A stretch of DNA of 64,000 bases from the NCBI GenBank assembly GCA_038228545.1, contig JBBRPE010000003.1, forward strand, positions 442 to 64,441. The letters are read 5' to 3'. Positions 20,435-30,905 of the stretch are shown in pieces; position 1 is the stretch's first letter; every line of letters starts with the position of its first letter. Position numbers and translations under genes: made by a program. The notes beneath the pieces were generated by a model that was given only the letters and a program-made list of their open reading frames with translations, searched no databases and was not told where the DNA came from. The stretch is from Minisyncoccia bacterium. GTDB taxonomy: Bacteria > Patescibacteriota > Minisyncoccia > Phycocordibacterales > Phycocordibacteraceae.

Positions 20435-21718
20435 CTAGGCGCGCATAGTTCTGCTCCGCGCCTTGCGGTGAAGCGTTATGGAAAAGCGATGGGCTTCTGA
20501 GTTTGCGAGCACTGCATCTGCGTCTGTAATGCCCGCCTTCTTACCACCCAGCACTTCACGCGGACGGTGCTTTTCGTCCTTCACGACTGCGGCTACTGGT
20601 ATACCGATGCCGAGCTCCTTCAGTACCACTTCAGCCGCCTTTTTATGGGTTAGCCCACCATCCACCACAATGGCGCGTGGGTAGGTCCACTCCGGATGTC
20701 CAAAACGACGTGAGAGGATTTCTTTCAGCGATGCGATGTCGTTATTTAAACTCTTCCCGCCTGCGCCACGTATTTTAAAGGAGCGATAGTCGCTCTTGAG
20801 AGGCATGCCAGCTTCAATAACTACCATAACGCCGATGGCATTCGTGCCAGATAGATGTGCCGTGTCATACGCCTCTATGCGCGGACCAGTATCTTCGGCA
20901 CGCGATTCGTCTTTTATGAGCGATACGTCCTGAATATGATCGAGTGCAAAGAGTTGATGTTTGATAGTCCCCGCGTCTTCAAAGCGCTCCTCCCGTATCG
21001 CGGATTTCATATCCTTACCAAGCTGCACTCGAAGTGCTTTCACTCGTCCGGAAAGAAAGAGAGAAACGTTACGTATTGAGCGCAAGTACTGTGTGCGGTC
21101 CATATTCCGAGGATACTGACCTATCTGACGATTGAACTCTACATTTGCCTGTAGGTGTTTATTGCCACCGGCGACTTTCCGGCCAAGTCCTTCTTTTGAT
21201 GGAAGAATGGGACGTGACGTATCGTAAAAAGGGAAGATGCGACGAATGAGACGAAGACCCTCGCGTAATTGGTAGCCGGACGGAAATGGTCCATGAATGT
21301 CTTTGAGTAGAAGTGTTCCAGAGCGCTTTGCTTTGAAATCAATATCCTTGCCTCGTATGGCGAGTACGCGTGGAATTTCTTCGTCGGTGATGACTGCATA
21401 GAGAAAGGTTTTGTCGTCCTTACCCATCGCGTTGGCTGGTGGATTATGTTCACGAATGAGTGCCGCTTCACGCACCAGTGCTTCGAGCACAGTGGGTGTT
21501 GTCTCGTGCATAAGGCCGTCAGCTTGCGTGACCATGTCGACGAGGCGTGGCCCACGTGTCGCTATAAGGTCGTCGTCGAAATACGAGCGCACGCGATCTC
21601 GAAGCGATGTCGCTTTTCCTACATACAGAATCTTTTTCGACTTCCCTTTGCCCTTGGTAAAGAGATACACACCCGGGCAGTCGGGCAAGTCGAACTTCTT
21701 CAGTTGTTCGCGCTCCAT
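20435..21718 (-). CDS. uvrC: Excinuclease ABC subunit C, short form without the C-terminal HhH region
   Basis: N-terminal GIY-YIG (PGVYLF...ILYVGKATSLRDRVRSYF) and an EndoV/RNaseH-like 3' nuclease domain (IEAYDTAHLSGTNAIGVMVV...YRSFKIRGAGG). 427 aa against ~600 for canonical UvrC. Confidence 0.85.
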   Translation of the reverse strand: MEREQLKKFDLPDCPGVYLFTKGKGKSKKILYVGKATSLRDRVRSYFDDDLIATRGPRLVDMVTQADGLMHETTPTVLEALVREAALIREHNPPANAMGKDDKTFLYAVITDEEIPRVLAIRGKDIDFKAKRSGTLLLKDIHGPFPSGYQLREGLRLIRRIFPFYDTSRPILPSKEGLGRKVAGGNKHLQANVEFNRQIGQYPRNMDRTQYLRSIRNVSLFLSGRVKALRVQLGKDMKSAIREERFEDAGTIKHQLFALDHIQDVSLIKDESRAEDTGPRIEAYDTAHLSGTNAIGVMVVIEAGMPLKSDYRSFKIRGAGGKSLNNDIASLKEILSRRFGHPEWTYPRAIVVDGGLTHKKAAEVVLKELGIGIPVAAVVKDEKHRPREVLGGKKAGITDADAVLANSEAHRFSITLHRKARSRTMRA

Positions 21719-21790
21719 ATATGAATATCCTACGCGTCTCGCGTACGTCCGTAAAATCTCCCAGTCCGCCTCATAAGGAGGCGGACTGTT

Positions 21791-22093
21791 TTATTCGGCA
21801 GCAAAAGCGACCGTGTGTACTGCGGCACGCTTCTTTCGTTCTTCGCGGCGACGCCACCTGACCCACGTGCGCCGTATCCGTAGCTTCAGTTCGCGCAGCT
21901 CCGCCTTTTCTTCGAACGTAAGCGGCTGTTCGTTGAGCGGAGCATGTCCCGGAAGCGGCTCCCACTTCACCAGCTTGTCGCCTTTCCGGTACTGACCCGT
22001 CAGTGTCGTTTCAGATACCCAAATGCCGTCAGAAGGCTTCCAGGTCGGTTTCGGTGTGGTGTAGCGGAAGAATTTCGGTTCTTCGTCGCTCAT
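21791..22093 (-). CDS. Hypothetical protein with Arg/Lys-rich C-terminus
   Basis: 100-aa ORF, no motif recognised. Confidence 0.35.
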   Translation of the reverse strand: MSDEEPKFFRYTTPKPTWKPSDGIWVSETTLTGQYRKGDKLVKWEPLPGHAPLNEQPLTFEEKAELRELKLRIRRTWVRWRRREERKKRAAVHTVAFAAE

Positions 22094-22154
22094 TGTCTCT
22101 CCCCTCTATGCAAAGACGCACTCTAAAGTTCTAGTGTACTACGACTGGTATACA

Positions 22155-22182
22155 TTGACGTCGTATAATTATCTTGTATAGT
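22155..22182 (+). promoter_or_regulatory. Putative sigma70-type promoter for the 22224 gene
   Basis: TTGACG (22155-22160), a 16-nt spacer, then TATAGT (22177-22182). Confidence 0.35.
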
Positions 22183-22223
22183 GCAGATTGGCCTGAATCA
22201 GACATAACCGAAAGGGTTTACAC

Positions 22224-22556
22224 ATGCATGCCATCCTCAACGGAGCTGCGAATTTGGGTATTCTCGTCGAACTCGCTCTCATAGCTCTCTACGCCAGCAC
22301 GATTGTAGTCACACTACTGCTCGTCTACCTCAAACCGAGACCGTGGAGAATGTGGCCTTACACACTGTCCGGAATCGCATGCACTGGTGTTTTCACAGCT
22401 ATCGCCGTCTTCTTCTTCCTCTTCTTGTGGCACCACCAAGCACACGATTGGAGAGTCTGGAGCGGCGGTGTCTCGGCTCTGTTTCTGGTGATCGGTGCAC
22501 TGTTCGGCTGGACGGTCGGCAGGTGGACACCCGCCCAGCCTGTTCCAGAGACCTAG
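22224..22556 (+). CDS. Hypothetical membrane protein (3 TM)
   Basis: 110-aa ORF made of hydrophobic helices. A promoter-like element lies upstream and a terminator downstream. Confidence 0.5.
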   Translation: MHAILNGAANLGILVELALIALYASTIVVTLLLVYLKPRPWRMWPYTLSGIACTGVFTAIAVFFFLFLWHHQAHDWRVWSGGVSALFLVIGALFGWTVGRWTPAQPVPET

Positions 22557-22587
22557 CTGCAACCAAGACAGCGGTAGTTCCCGCAAA

Positions 22588-22624
22588 AGCGTCCGTCCCG
22601 ATAGCAAAGGGCGGACGTTTTTAT
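22588..22624. terminator. Bidirectional rho-independent terminator
   Basis: cgtccgtccc...gggcggacg hairpin with an A-run 5' and a T-run 3'. It serves the + ORF ending at 22556 and uvrA (stop 22621) on the minus strand. Confidence 0.7.
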
Positions 22625-25290
22625 TTCTTATTTTTATTCTTCGCGTGCTTGCGGAGCATCTTCGCAAGATACTCGCCCGTATAGGAGCCTTCGGCTTCCG
22701 CCACCTCCTCCGGAGTTCCCTTCGCAATAATCTTTCCGCCCTTAAGACCACCTTCCGGCCCAAAGTCGATAAGCCAGTCTGCCGACTTAATCACGTCAAG
22801 ATTGTGTTCGATAACGACAACGGTATTACCGCGACGCACGAGCTCCTGGAGTATGTCGATAAGCTTCTTGACGTCGTCGTAGTGAAGACCGACTGTCGGC
22901 TCGTCCAGGAGATAGAGCGTCTTCATGGTATGTGGACGATAGAGCTCAGAAGCAATCTTCACGCGCTGTGCTTCACCTCCCGAGAGCGTCGTAGCTGACT
23001 GTCCGAGGGTAAGGTACTGCAGGCCAGTAGCGTTCAACTGTTCAAGCCGGTCATTGATAGCCGGAATATCCTTGAAGAATACTTCTGCTTCTTCAATGGT
23101 CATCTGTAGAACTTCATAGATATTCTTACCTTTGAAGCGTACTTCGAGTGTCTCGCGCATGAAGCGTGTGCCGTTACAGACGTCACAGGTGACGTATACC
23201 GTCGGCAAGAAGTGCATCTCCACCGCGATGGTGCCGTTCCCTTGGCAGGCTTCACAGCGTCCACCCGCAACGTTAAATGAGAACCGTCCTGGCTTCCAGC
23301 CACGTGCACGTGCTTCTGGCGTTGCGGCGAACAAATCACGAATGTGTGTAAACGAGCCCGTGTACGTAGCTGGGTTTGAGCGCGGTGTACGACCGATTGG
23401 GGACTGGTCTATTAGTACGACGCGTCCGACGTATTCAGTGCCCGTCATACTCGCAATGTGCTCCAGCTTCGATTCACGCCTAGCGAACCGGGCAGCAACG
23501 TTGCGATGCAGAATATCGTAGAGGAACGTGGACTTCCCTGAGCCTGACACACCGGTAATGGCAACAAGTTTGCCAAGTGGTACATCGACGTTTTGGTTCT
23601 TTAGGTTATGCAGTGTTGCTCCCTTTATGGAAATCTTTCCTTTCTCGCTCTCACGGCGCTCCTCAGGGACTTCAATCTCCCTCTCCCCACGCAGATACGC
23701 AAGCGTAGACGAACCACTTTCGTTTTTATCCGCAGTGAGTAAGTCCTCGAGCCAACCTGACGCGACAACCTTTCCGCCGTGAGTACCAGCTCCTGGCCCA
23801 ATATCTATAAGGTAGTCGGAGGCATAGATAGTGTCTTCGTCGTGCTCAACGACGAGAATGGTATTTCCTAAATCCTTCAGACGCAGAAGTGTCTGTATCA
23901 GGCGGTCGTTATCGCGTTGATGCAGACCAATGGTTGGCTCATCGAGCACATAGAGTGCACCGACGAGTCCCGTACCGAGCTGTGACGCGAGGCGAATGCG
24001 CTGTGCCTCACCACCCGAGAGCGTTGCGGCAGAGCGGTTCAGCGTGAGGTAGTCGAGACCGACGTTCAACATGAAGTCGAGTCGAGAGGTTATTTCACGC
24101 AGTATTGGTAGTGCAATCTCTGCTCGCATTTCGGAAAGTTCGAGATGGTCCATGAAATCCTTTGCTTCACGAATTGAGAAATTGGTGAAATCGACAATAT
24201 TGATACCAAGGCCGTTGTTTATCTTCGGATTCTTTTTTCCGGAAAGGTAGACACGAAGTGCTTCGGGTCGCAGACGCTTCCCTTCACACACCGGACAGAC
24301 CTCCTCGGAGAAGAGGGACTTTGTGCCAAGACCATTACAAGCCGGGCATGCGCCGTAAGGACTATTGAATGAAAAAAGACGCGGCTCTACTTCCGGGAAG
24401 GACACGCCGTCATCTGCACAGATAAACTTCGCCGAGAGAGTCTCCATAGTCCCGTCAGCGTGTTTAATCTTTACGAGACCATCACTTTCCTTAAGTGCGA
24501 GCTCGAGCGCTTCAGAAAGGCGTTCACGCGCAGCATCCGGAGTGCGAACGAATTCGGAGACGAATATGGAGTCCACCTGAGCATCGATGTCGTGTCGCTT
24601 GTTGCGGTCGAGCTCAATCTTTTCGCGAAGGGTGTGCAACTTTCCATCAATAACTGCCTTTTCGTAGCCCTTACCAAGAAGATCGTAAAGGAGCTGGTAG
24701 TACTCGCCCTTACGGCCAACAACGACTGGTGCATAGATAGTTACGACACTTCGGTCCAGTGATACCTCCATGACGTTGACGTTGTCACCACCCGTCTTCG
24801 CGCTAATACGCTTCTGAATAAGCCCAATCATCTCCTCCTTCGAGAGCTTTGATATAGGCACGTCGTGATTCGTACAATACGGCTGGCCGGCACGAGCATA
24901 GAGCACACGGAGATAATCATAAATTTCAGTCACGGTAGCGACTGTTGAGCGTGGGTTATTCGAACGAGACTTCTGATCTATGGAAATAGCGGGTGAGAGG
25001 CCGGTGATTTCGTCCACGTCCGGCTTCTGCATCTGATTCAGGAACTGACGTGCGTATGCAGAAAGTGACTCGACATAGCGACGCTGGCCTTCCGCAAAAA
25101 TTGTATCGAAAGCAAATGACGACTTACCTGAGCCGGAAAGCCCCGTGACCACGGTCATCGCTCCACGAGGAAATTCCGTCGAGATATTTTTCAAATTATG
25201 AGTACGCGCACCCTTCACGCGAATCCATTGGTCCGCGTTTGCATGTTTTTCGTGCGTGTCTTTCTTTTCTACTTTTTTAGGAGTTGCCAT
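22621..25290 (-). CDS. uvrA: Excinuclease ABC subunit A
   Basis: Two ABC ATPase modules ([18 protein letters not shown], two LSGGE signatures) and zinc-finger Cys clusters ([16 protein letters not shown]), 889 aa. Confidence 0.97.
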   Translation of the reverse strand: MATPKKVEKKDTHEKHANADQWIRVKGARTHNLKNISTEFPRGAMTVVTGLSGSGKSSFAFDTIFAEGQRRYVESLSAYARQFLNQMQKPDVDEITGLSPAISIDQKSRSNNPRSTVATVTEIYDYLRVLYARAGQPYCTNHDVPISKLSKEEMIGLIQKRISAKTGGDNVNVMEVSLDRSVVTIYAPVVVGRKGEYYQLLYDLLGKGYEKAVIDGKLHTLREKIELDRNKRHDIDAQVDSIFVSEFVRTPDAARERLSEALELALKESDGLVKIKHADGTMETLSAKFICADDGVSFPEVEPRLFSFNSPYGACPACNGLGTKSLFSEEVCPVCEGKRLRPEALRVYLSGKKNPKINNGLGINIVDFTNFSIREAKDFMDHLELSEMRAEIALPILREITSRLDFMLNVGLDYLTLNRSAATLSGGEAQRIRLASQLGTGLVGALYVLDEPTIGLHQRDNDRLIQTLLRLKDLGNTILVVEHDEDTIYASDYLIDIGPGAGTHGGKVVASGWLEDLLTADKNESGSSTLAYLRGEREIEVPEERRESEKGKISIKGATLHNLKNQNVDVPLGKLVAITGVSGSGKSTFLYDILHRNVAARFARRESKLEHIASMTGTEYVGRVVLIDQSPIGRTPRSNPATYTGSFTHIRDLFAATPEARARGWKPGRFSFNVAGGRCEACQGNGTIAVEMHFLPTVYVTCDVCNGTRFMRETLEVRFKGKNIYEVLQMTIEEAEVFFKDIPAINDRLEQLNATGLQYLTLGQSATTLSGGEAQRVKIASELYRPHTMKTLYLLDEPTVGLHYDDVKKLIDILQELVRRGNTVVVIEHNLDVIKSADWLIDFGPEGGLKGGKIIAKGTPEEVAEAEGSYTGEYLAKMLRKHAKNKNKK

Positions 25291-25384
25291 CTATTTATTT
25301 GGTCTTCATACCATAGGTACGAAGACACCCGGCCCTTGGAGGGACCGGTACTATATGAGTATACCATTTGACGCACCTGTGTGC

Positions 25385-25828
25385 TTAGACAGTACCTGGA
25401 GGAACGGATGCTTCAGGTGCGGGCGTAGCAACGGGAGCGGTTTGTGTAGAAGCTGCAGCAAGCGAGAGCTCTATCTTCGAAACGATTTCTTCTATCGGCA
25501 CCTCAGCTTTAATAAGATAGTCGTTTGCCCCAAGCGCAATTGCACGGTCTTTGTCCTTCTGCTGACCGAGATTAGACACAATAATGACCGGTGTTTTTGC
25601 GAGGTCGTCTGTACGTGTACGGATTGATTCAAGAACGGCGAAACCGTCCATGGTAGGAAGCATAAGGTCGAGCAGTACGAGCGCGGGCTTATTCTGCTCG
25701 AATAAAGCGAGTGCCTCGTTGCCATCGCTGGCATAGAGGGTCTGGTACTTACCAGCCATCGTGTGACCGATGAGGTTTTTCAAAATAGGGTCGTCCTCGA
25801 CAACAAGTATAAATTTGGTTTCAGGCAT
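25385..25828 (-). CDS. Stand-alone response-regulator receiver domain protein
   Basis: FILVVEDDPIL...LVLLDLMLPTMDG...PVIIVSNLG...ALGANDYLIK REC signature. No output domain, but an Ala/Pro-rich C-terminal tail. Confidence 0.85.
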   Translation of the reverse strand: MPETKFILVVEDDPILKNLIGHTMAGKYQTLYASDGNEALALFEQNKPALVLLDLMLPTMDGFAVLESIRTRTDDLAKTPVIIVSNLGQQKDKDRAIALGANDYLIKAEVPIEEIVSKIELSLAAASTQTAPVATPAPEASVPPGTV

Positions 25829-25854
25829 AGTGTCATTTTAGCACCCGCAGGGGA

Positions 25855-26952
25855 TTAGTTTGCAACCGGCAAACTGAAGGTAAATGTAGTTCCCGCTCCA
25901 TCTTTATTCCCCTCAAAATTAAGGTCTCCTCCATGATCGGTCGCTATAGTGCGAGCAATATAGAGCCCGAGACCATTTCCTGAGTTTTCTTTTTGTATCG
26001 CATTCTGGGCTCGGTAGAAGCGTTCAAAGATGCTGGCACGATCACCTTCTTTAATACCAATCCCCGAATCTTTCACGTGTATAAATATTCTTCCGAGGCC
26101 TGCGTCCATAAATACACGCACCGTGCCACCTGCCGGTGTATAGCGAATTGCGTTTTCTACAAGGTTATTGAGAACCCACTTAATACGCTCGCGGTCTGCC
26201 TTTGCCTTAGCGAGTGGTACTTCGCTTTTCTCATAGTACAGAGTTACCTGGCGGGTCTGTGCGAGTGGACTAAAATCACGTGTAATTTCTTCAAGCACAT
26301 CGCTCATATTCACCGGCTCAAACTTGTATTTGTATTTACCTGATTCAATAGCCGAAATATCAAGAAGCGTGCCGATGATAGTCACCAGGTCGCGACTCTT
26401 GGTGACGGCACTATCGACGAGCACTTGCTGGTCTGCATTTAAACCAGACGTTTGTAGAGCTTCAAGCGCCCAGCGTATGCCCGTCATGGGAGTGCGCAGC
26501 TGATGCGCAGCAGTTGAAATAAAATCCGACTTCATACGTGAGACTTCCATATCGCGATTGTGCACGCGCTCCACGTTGTTGGTGTATTCCTGGAACGCTT
26601 CCACGAAAGAGCTGACCTCAATGATTGACTTGTCTAGGTGTGGCAGAGGCATCTGACGGTTGTGCTGTGCAAACTCGTTCATGGCGAGTCCAATCGTTTT
26701 TACCGGCTTAATAATTGCTCGGGTAATGAACAGATATAGCCAGACAAACAACAGCGCGATAAGTGCATAGAGCAGACCGGCACAAATATAGAGTATGAAC
26801 GCAGATGGTGCCTCAACACCAAAAACGAGAATGGAGTACGGAAGCAATCCTCCGAGCAGGCCCCAGATAATCTGGAACGCGAGTAACGTGAAGCCGCAAA
26901 TAAGTAAGAGCGACCCAGCAAAGAGAGCGGTAAGGAGCGTGCGTGCAGACAT
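25855..26952 (-). CDS. Sensor histidine kinase (membrane, HisKA + HATPase_c)
   Basis: N-terminal TM helices, H-box FISTAAHQLRTPMTGI, then N/G1/G2 boxes (NLVENAIRYT, DSGIGI, GNGLGLYIA). Confidence 0.85.
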   Translation of the reverse strand: MSARTLLTALFAGSLLLICGFTLLAFQIIWGLLGGLLPYSILVFGVEAPSAFILYICAGLLYALIALLFVWLYLFITRAIIKPVKTIGLAMNEFAQHNRQMPLPHLDKSIIEVSSFVEAFQEYTNNVERVHNRDMEVSRMKSDFISTAAHQLRTPMTGIRWALEALQTSGLNADQQVLVDSAVTKSRDLVTIIGTLLDISAIESGKYKYKFEPVNMSDVLEEITRDFSPLAQTRQVTLYYEKSEVPLAKAKADRERIKWVLNNLVENAIRYTPAGGTVRVFMDAGLGRIFIHVKDSGIGIKEGDRASIFERFYRAQNAIQKENSGNGLGLYIARTIATDHGGDLNFEGNKDGAGTTFTFSLPVAN

Positions 26953-26992
26953 GTATATATCGTAGCACTACACACACGCACGACGGTAGAAA

Positions 26993-29059
26993 TTATCGCC
27001 CTCGACGTCGAGCTCGAGAAGGTGGCGCACCTTTCGGTTCCTTGCCCTCAAGCACGTAAATTTCATCACGCAGTATTGCAGCGGTTTCGAAGTCGAGCGC
27101 CTCAACTGCTTCACCCATCTGCTGTCGCTTGTCCTTAAGAAAACCTTGCGGATCTTCCTCGTACAGCTTTGCATCGAGCTCAAGCAAGCCAGCGACTGTC
27201 TTTTGATGCTCGGTCCGCATTGATGCCGCAATATCCTTAATTTCCTTTTTAATGGTCGCGGGAGTAATACCATGCTTTGTGTTGTATGCCTCTTGAATAG
27301 TCCGTCTGCGGTTCGTCTCAGAAATGGCACGGTCTAAGGAACCGGTCATGTTGTCGGCGTAGAGAATAACGCGACCAAGTACGTTGCGGGCGGCGCGACC
27401 AATAGTCTGTATGAGAGAGGTCTCCGAGCGCAAGAATCCTTCCTTGTCGGCATCGAGTATGCCGACAAGCTCTACCTCCGGAAGGTCGAGTCCCTCTCGA
27501 AGTAAGTTCACGCCGACGAGTATGTCGAATTCGCCCTTGCGGAAAGCGGTGAGTATTTCTATACGCTCGATAGTTTTAATATCCGAATGCAAATATTCAG
27601 CTTTGATTGACTTCGCACGAAGGAAGTCGGAAAGGTCCTCTGCCATTTGCTTCGTGAGTGTGGTCGCGAGAGCACGGCCACCGCGTTTAATTACGATTTC
27701 GCTCTCTGCAATAAAGTCAGCAATCTGACCGGGATAGCTTCCCTCTTCTGTTACGGGGCGCACGGTAAGCTCGGGATCAATAAGCCCGGTTGGACGAATA
27801 ATCTGTTCAACCACCTGACCCTTGGGCGCAACAGAGTGCTCACGTTCGTAGTTCCCCGGTGTTGCAGACGTAAAGATGACCTGGCCGATATTCTTTTCGA
27901 ATTCTTCAAATTGCAGAGGTCGATTATCGCGCGCCGACGGAAGACGGAAACCATGCTCGACAAGTACATCCTTGCGCGAACGGTCTCCGGCGTACATGCC
28001 ACCTATTTGCGACACCGTCACGTGGGATTCATCAAGAACCGTGAGGAAGTCAGCCGAACCATCTTTCTTGTGCGGGAAATAGGAAAGAAGCGTAAACGGT
28101 GGCTCACCCGGCGAGCGGCCATCGAAGTGTCGAGAATAATTCTCAATACCACTCGTGTACCCCATCTCACGAATCATTGCGAGATCGTGTTGGGTACGGC
28201 GCTTCAAGCGCTCATGTTCAAGTGGCTTCTCCTCACGTTTAAGCTGACCGAGTCGCTCCTCAAGCTCATTCTTAATGCTTTCAATAGCACGCGCTCTGTC
28301 GTCTTCGTCTGAGACGAAGTGCTTTGCCGGAAAGATAAATAATGACTCCGGTGAGCTGGTCTTTGCGCGCGAGACGGGATCAAGGGCATCGATATGGGCG
28401 ACCTTGTCGTCATCAAACGTAATTTTATATACAGCACGTTCGTTAACCGGCATTATCTCTATTGCGTTGCCGACAGCACGTATTTTTCCCGGTTCTAGGT
28501 CTGCGTTCGTGCGTTCGAAATAAATGCCAACGAGTTTGCGGATAAGTGCCGCGCGATTCTCTGGCTCACCTACTACGAGCTTAACGTGTACCTTTTCGTA
28601 ATTTGCAGGTGAGCCGAGTCCGTAGATAGCAGAGACGGACGCCACAATAATAACGTCCGAGCGTGTGAGCAGGGCCTGTGTCGCCGCGTGACGCAATCGA
28701 TCAATTTCCTGGTTTATTTGTGCTTCCTTTTCTATAAACGTATCGGAACGAGCGATATATGCTTCCGGCTGATAGTAGTCATAGTAGGAAACGAAATAGT
28801 GAACAGCGTTCTCGGGAAAGAATTCGCGGTATTCCTGCGCAAGCTGAGCCGCGAGTGTCTTGTTGTGAGCCATGACCAAGGTCGGCTTACCTATGTTCTG
28901 AATGACGTTTGCAATGGTGTAGGTCTTGCCCGAGCCAGTCACTCCAAGCAGAGTCTGGTAGGGCAGACCCGTCTCTACACCCTCGGTAAGCTTCTTGATA
29001 GCAGCTGGCTGATCGCCCGCAGGCGGAAACGGCGAATGTATCTTGAATTGACCTTCCAT
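26993..29059 (-). CDS. uvrB: Excinuclease ABC subunit B
   Basis: LLGVTGSGKTYT (Walker A), helicase motifs, and a C-terminal UVR domain (ETAAILRDEIYVLEG), 688 aa. Confidence 0.97.
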   Translation of the reverse strand: MEGQFKIHSPFPPAGDQPAAIKKLTEGVETGLPYQTLLGVTGSGKTYTIANVIQNIGKPTLVMAHNKTLAAQLAQEYREFFPENAVHYFVSYYDYYQPEAYIARSDTFIEKEAQINQEIDRLRHAATQALLTRSDVIIVASVSAIYGLGSPANYEKVHVKLVVGEPENRAALIRKLVGIYFERTNADLEPGKIRAVGNAIEIMPVNERAVYKITFDDDKVAHIDALDPVSRAKTSSPESLFIFPAKHFVSDEDDRARAIESIKNELEERLGQLKREEKPLEHERLKRRTQHDLAMIREMGYTSGIENYSRHFDGRSPGEPPFTLLSYFPHKKDGSADFLTVLDESHVTVSQIGGMYAGDRSRKDVLVEHGFRLPSARDNRPLQFEEFEKNIGQVIFTSATPGNYEREHSVAPKGQVVEQIIRPTGLIDPELTVRPVTEEGSYPGQIADFIAESEIVIKRGGRALATTLTKQMAEDLSDFLRAKSIKAEYLHSDIKTIERIEILTAFRKGEFDILVGVNLLREGLDLPEVELVGILDADKEGFLRSETSLIQTIGRAARNVLGRVILYADNMTGSLDRAISETNRRRTIQEAYNTKHGITPATIKKEIKDIAASMRTEHQKTVAGLLELDAKLYEEDPQGFLKDKRQQMGEAVEALDFETAAILRDEIYVLEGKEPKGAPPSRARRRGR

Positions 29060-29117
29060 ACAGCCATTGTATATTCGTTTGGGGAACTTCGCATTAACGC
29101 AGAAAGGAGGAGCCCCA

Positions 29118-29503
29118 TGTTGGAAGACACTGTGGCTACTGCCATTGCGGGACAGCCGAAACTTCGAGATCTCTACTACAAAATGCTCGCGCTGTATACA
29201 CAGCTCGACAAGACGATTCTCGTCAGTGCACTACCGGTTTTTGTGGACGGGGCCGGAGTTGTCTTCGACGGCGCGCGCGAAAACCTGAGTGTCGCTAAGC
29301 CGGGCACCAATACATACAGGCGCGACATCTTCGACGAGCTTCTCTTCGTCGCACACGGCTTGTCTGTAGGCCGATACGACGAATCGGAGAGGGAGCTGTT
29401 CGAGTCCATGAGCCAGCATGTGCTCACTTCGATTGAAAGAAGCGGTGAGGTCTTCGCTCGTAGTTCTGCTGTGCCGACGGTACCGAAGGAGAAGTTCATG
29501 TAG
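29118..29503 (+). CDS. Hypothetical 128-aa protein
   Basis: Strong RBS AAAGGAGG 6 nt upstream of the ATG at 29118 and a terminator directly after the stop. The upstream part of track ORF 28688..29503 is the antisense shadow of uvrB. Confidence 0.55.
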
Positions 29504-29505
29504 GA

Positions 29506-29530
29506 GGTCGCCCCTTGGGGCGACCTTTCC
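29506..29530. terminator. Bidirectional terminator hairpin
   Basis: ggtcgccc-cttg-gggcgacc followed by TTTCC. It sits between the convergent small ORF (+) and tgt (-). Confidence 0.65.
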
Positions 29531-30741
29531 TAGTAGTACTTTTCTACAAAGTCTTTTCGATACTGCTCAAAAGTTCCTGCATGAATCGCCTCACGTGCAC
29601 CGTCCACGAGTTTAATAATGAAGCCGAGATTGTGCATTGAGCAGAGTATGGAGCCCAACATCTCGCCCGCACGCAGTTGTGAAGAAATATACGCACGGGA
29701 AAATCCTTCCGTTCCGGCGACAATAGTCTCCGGGTCGAGCGGACCGTAGTCGTTTTTAAATTTCTCACCCTTGAGGTGCAGAATACCGTGTGTCGTATAT
29801 ATGGAGCCATGACGCCCGATGCGCGTTGCTGCGACACAATCAAAGAGATCCATGCCTTCCGCTATACCGGTTAGGATATCGCCCGGTTCTCCAATGCCGA
29901 GGAAGTGGCGCGGCTTTCCTTCCGGAAGTTCCGGGATAGCGGCCTGCAATGCCCCGTCCATGTCCTCTTTACTAAAGGAACCGCCGATACCAAAGCCATC
30001 GAAGTCCATGCTCGCAATTTCCTTTGCACTTTCCTTGCGCAAATCCGCGTACCGTCCTCCTTGGACGATTCCGAAAATCGCCTGCTTCTGATTAGCGTCA
30101 AGATTTTGGCGATGGGCTTTCAGTGAACGCTCTGCCCATTTGTGTGTACGACGCATGGCTTCCGCTTGGTATTCATACGGCTCCGTCGGACTGGTGCATT
30201 CATCAAACGCGAAGAACATATCGGCTCCGAGTGCATGCTGAATCTCGACCGAGCGCTCCGGTGTAAACCGATGCAGAGAGCCATCGAGATGTGAGGTGAA
30301 TGTCACACCTTCTTCGTCAATGACCGCAAGCTGTCCGTGCTGACTCGCAACGTCTTCGTCGTAAACGGAGACTACCTGGTCGTTCGCATTCTCCTCACCC
30401 TTCGCAATCTTCGTAATCGTCTTGCCGAAGGCAGCACCCAAAGAGAATACTTGAAACCCGCCCGAGTCAGTCATGGTCGGACCTTTCCACCCCATGAACG
30501 CTCCGAGTCCACCGGCGTCTTGTATGATTTTTTCTCCTGGTTGCAGATAGAGATGATACGTATTCGCAAGCACTACCTGAGCACCCATTTTTTCGAGTGC
30601 ACTCGGTAACACGCCCTTTACACCAGCCTTCGTTCCGACCGGCACAAAGGCTGGTGTTTGCACTACTCCATGAAGCGTTGTGAGGGTGGCGGCCCGCGCG
30701 CGACCGTCACGTGCCGTGATATCGAAGGATAAAGACTTCAT
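29530..30741 (-). CDS. tgt: Queuine tRNA-ribosyltransferase
   Basis: VQTPAFVPVGTKAGVKG, the LANTYHL motif, SGGFQVFSL, and a zinc site (CxCxxC...H) region, 403 aa. Confidence 0.95.
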   Translation of the reverse strand: MKSLSFDITARDGRARAATLTTLHGVVQTPAFVPVGTKAGVKGVLPSALEKMGAQVVLANTYHLYLQPGEKIIQDAGGLGAFMGWKGPTMTDSGGFQVFSLGAAFGKTITKIAKGEENANDQVVSVYDEDVASQHGQLAVIDEEGVTFTSHLDGSLHRFTPERSVEIQHALGADMFFAFDECTSPTEPYEYQAEAMRRTHKWAERSLKAHRQNLDANQKQAIFGIVQGGRYADLRKESAKEIASMDFDGFGIGGSFSKEDMDGALQAAIPELPEGKPRHFLGIGEPGDILTGIAEGMDLFDCVAATRIGRHGSIYTTHGILHLKGEKFKNDYGPLDPETIVAGTEGFSRAYISSQLRAGEMLGSILCSMHNLGFIIKLVDGAREAIHAGTFEQYRKDFVEKYY

Positions 30742-30803
30742 ATCTACCTAAAGTAGCGGTCTCCGGTGTATTGAGCAACCAAATACGGCTTTGTACCAGG
30801 GTA

Positions 30804-30832
30804 TTGACACATTCACAAACGTAGTGTATATA
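30804..30832 (+). promoter_or_regulatory. Consensus-like sigma70 promoter for the high-GC gene
   Basis: TTGACA (30804-30809), a 17-nt spacer, then TATATA (30827-30832). Downstream, an AGGAGGG RBS lies 9 nt before the ATG at 30906. Confidence 0.5.
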
Positions 30833-30905
30833 CTTATATTAGGTACTTGTTCTTCACAGTCTAGTTGGAGAACCAGGCCATTACAGCAACAGGAGGGCAT
30901 CTCAG

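Noticed and set aside
28688-29117. Upstream portion of track ORF 28688..29503 (+)
   Set aside because: It is antisense to uvrB with no RBS. Only the 29118-29503 segment, with an AAAGGAGG RBS downstream of the uvrB stop, is kept as a candidate gene.
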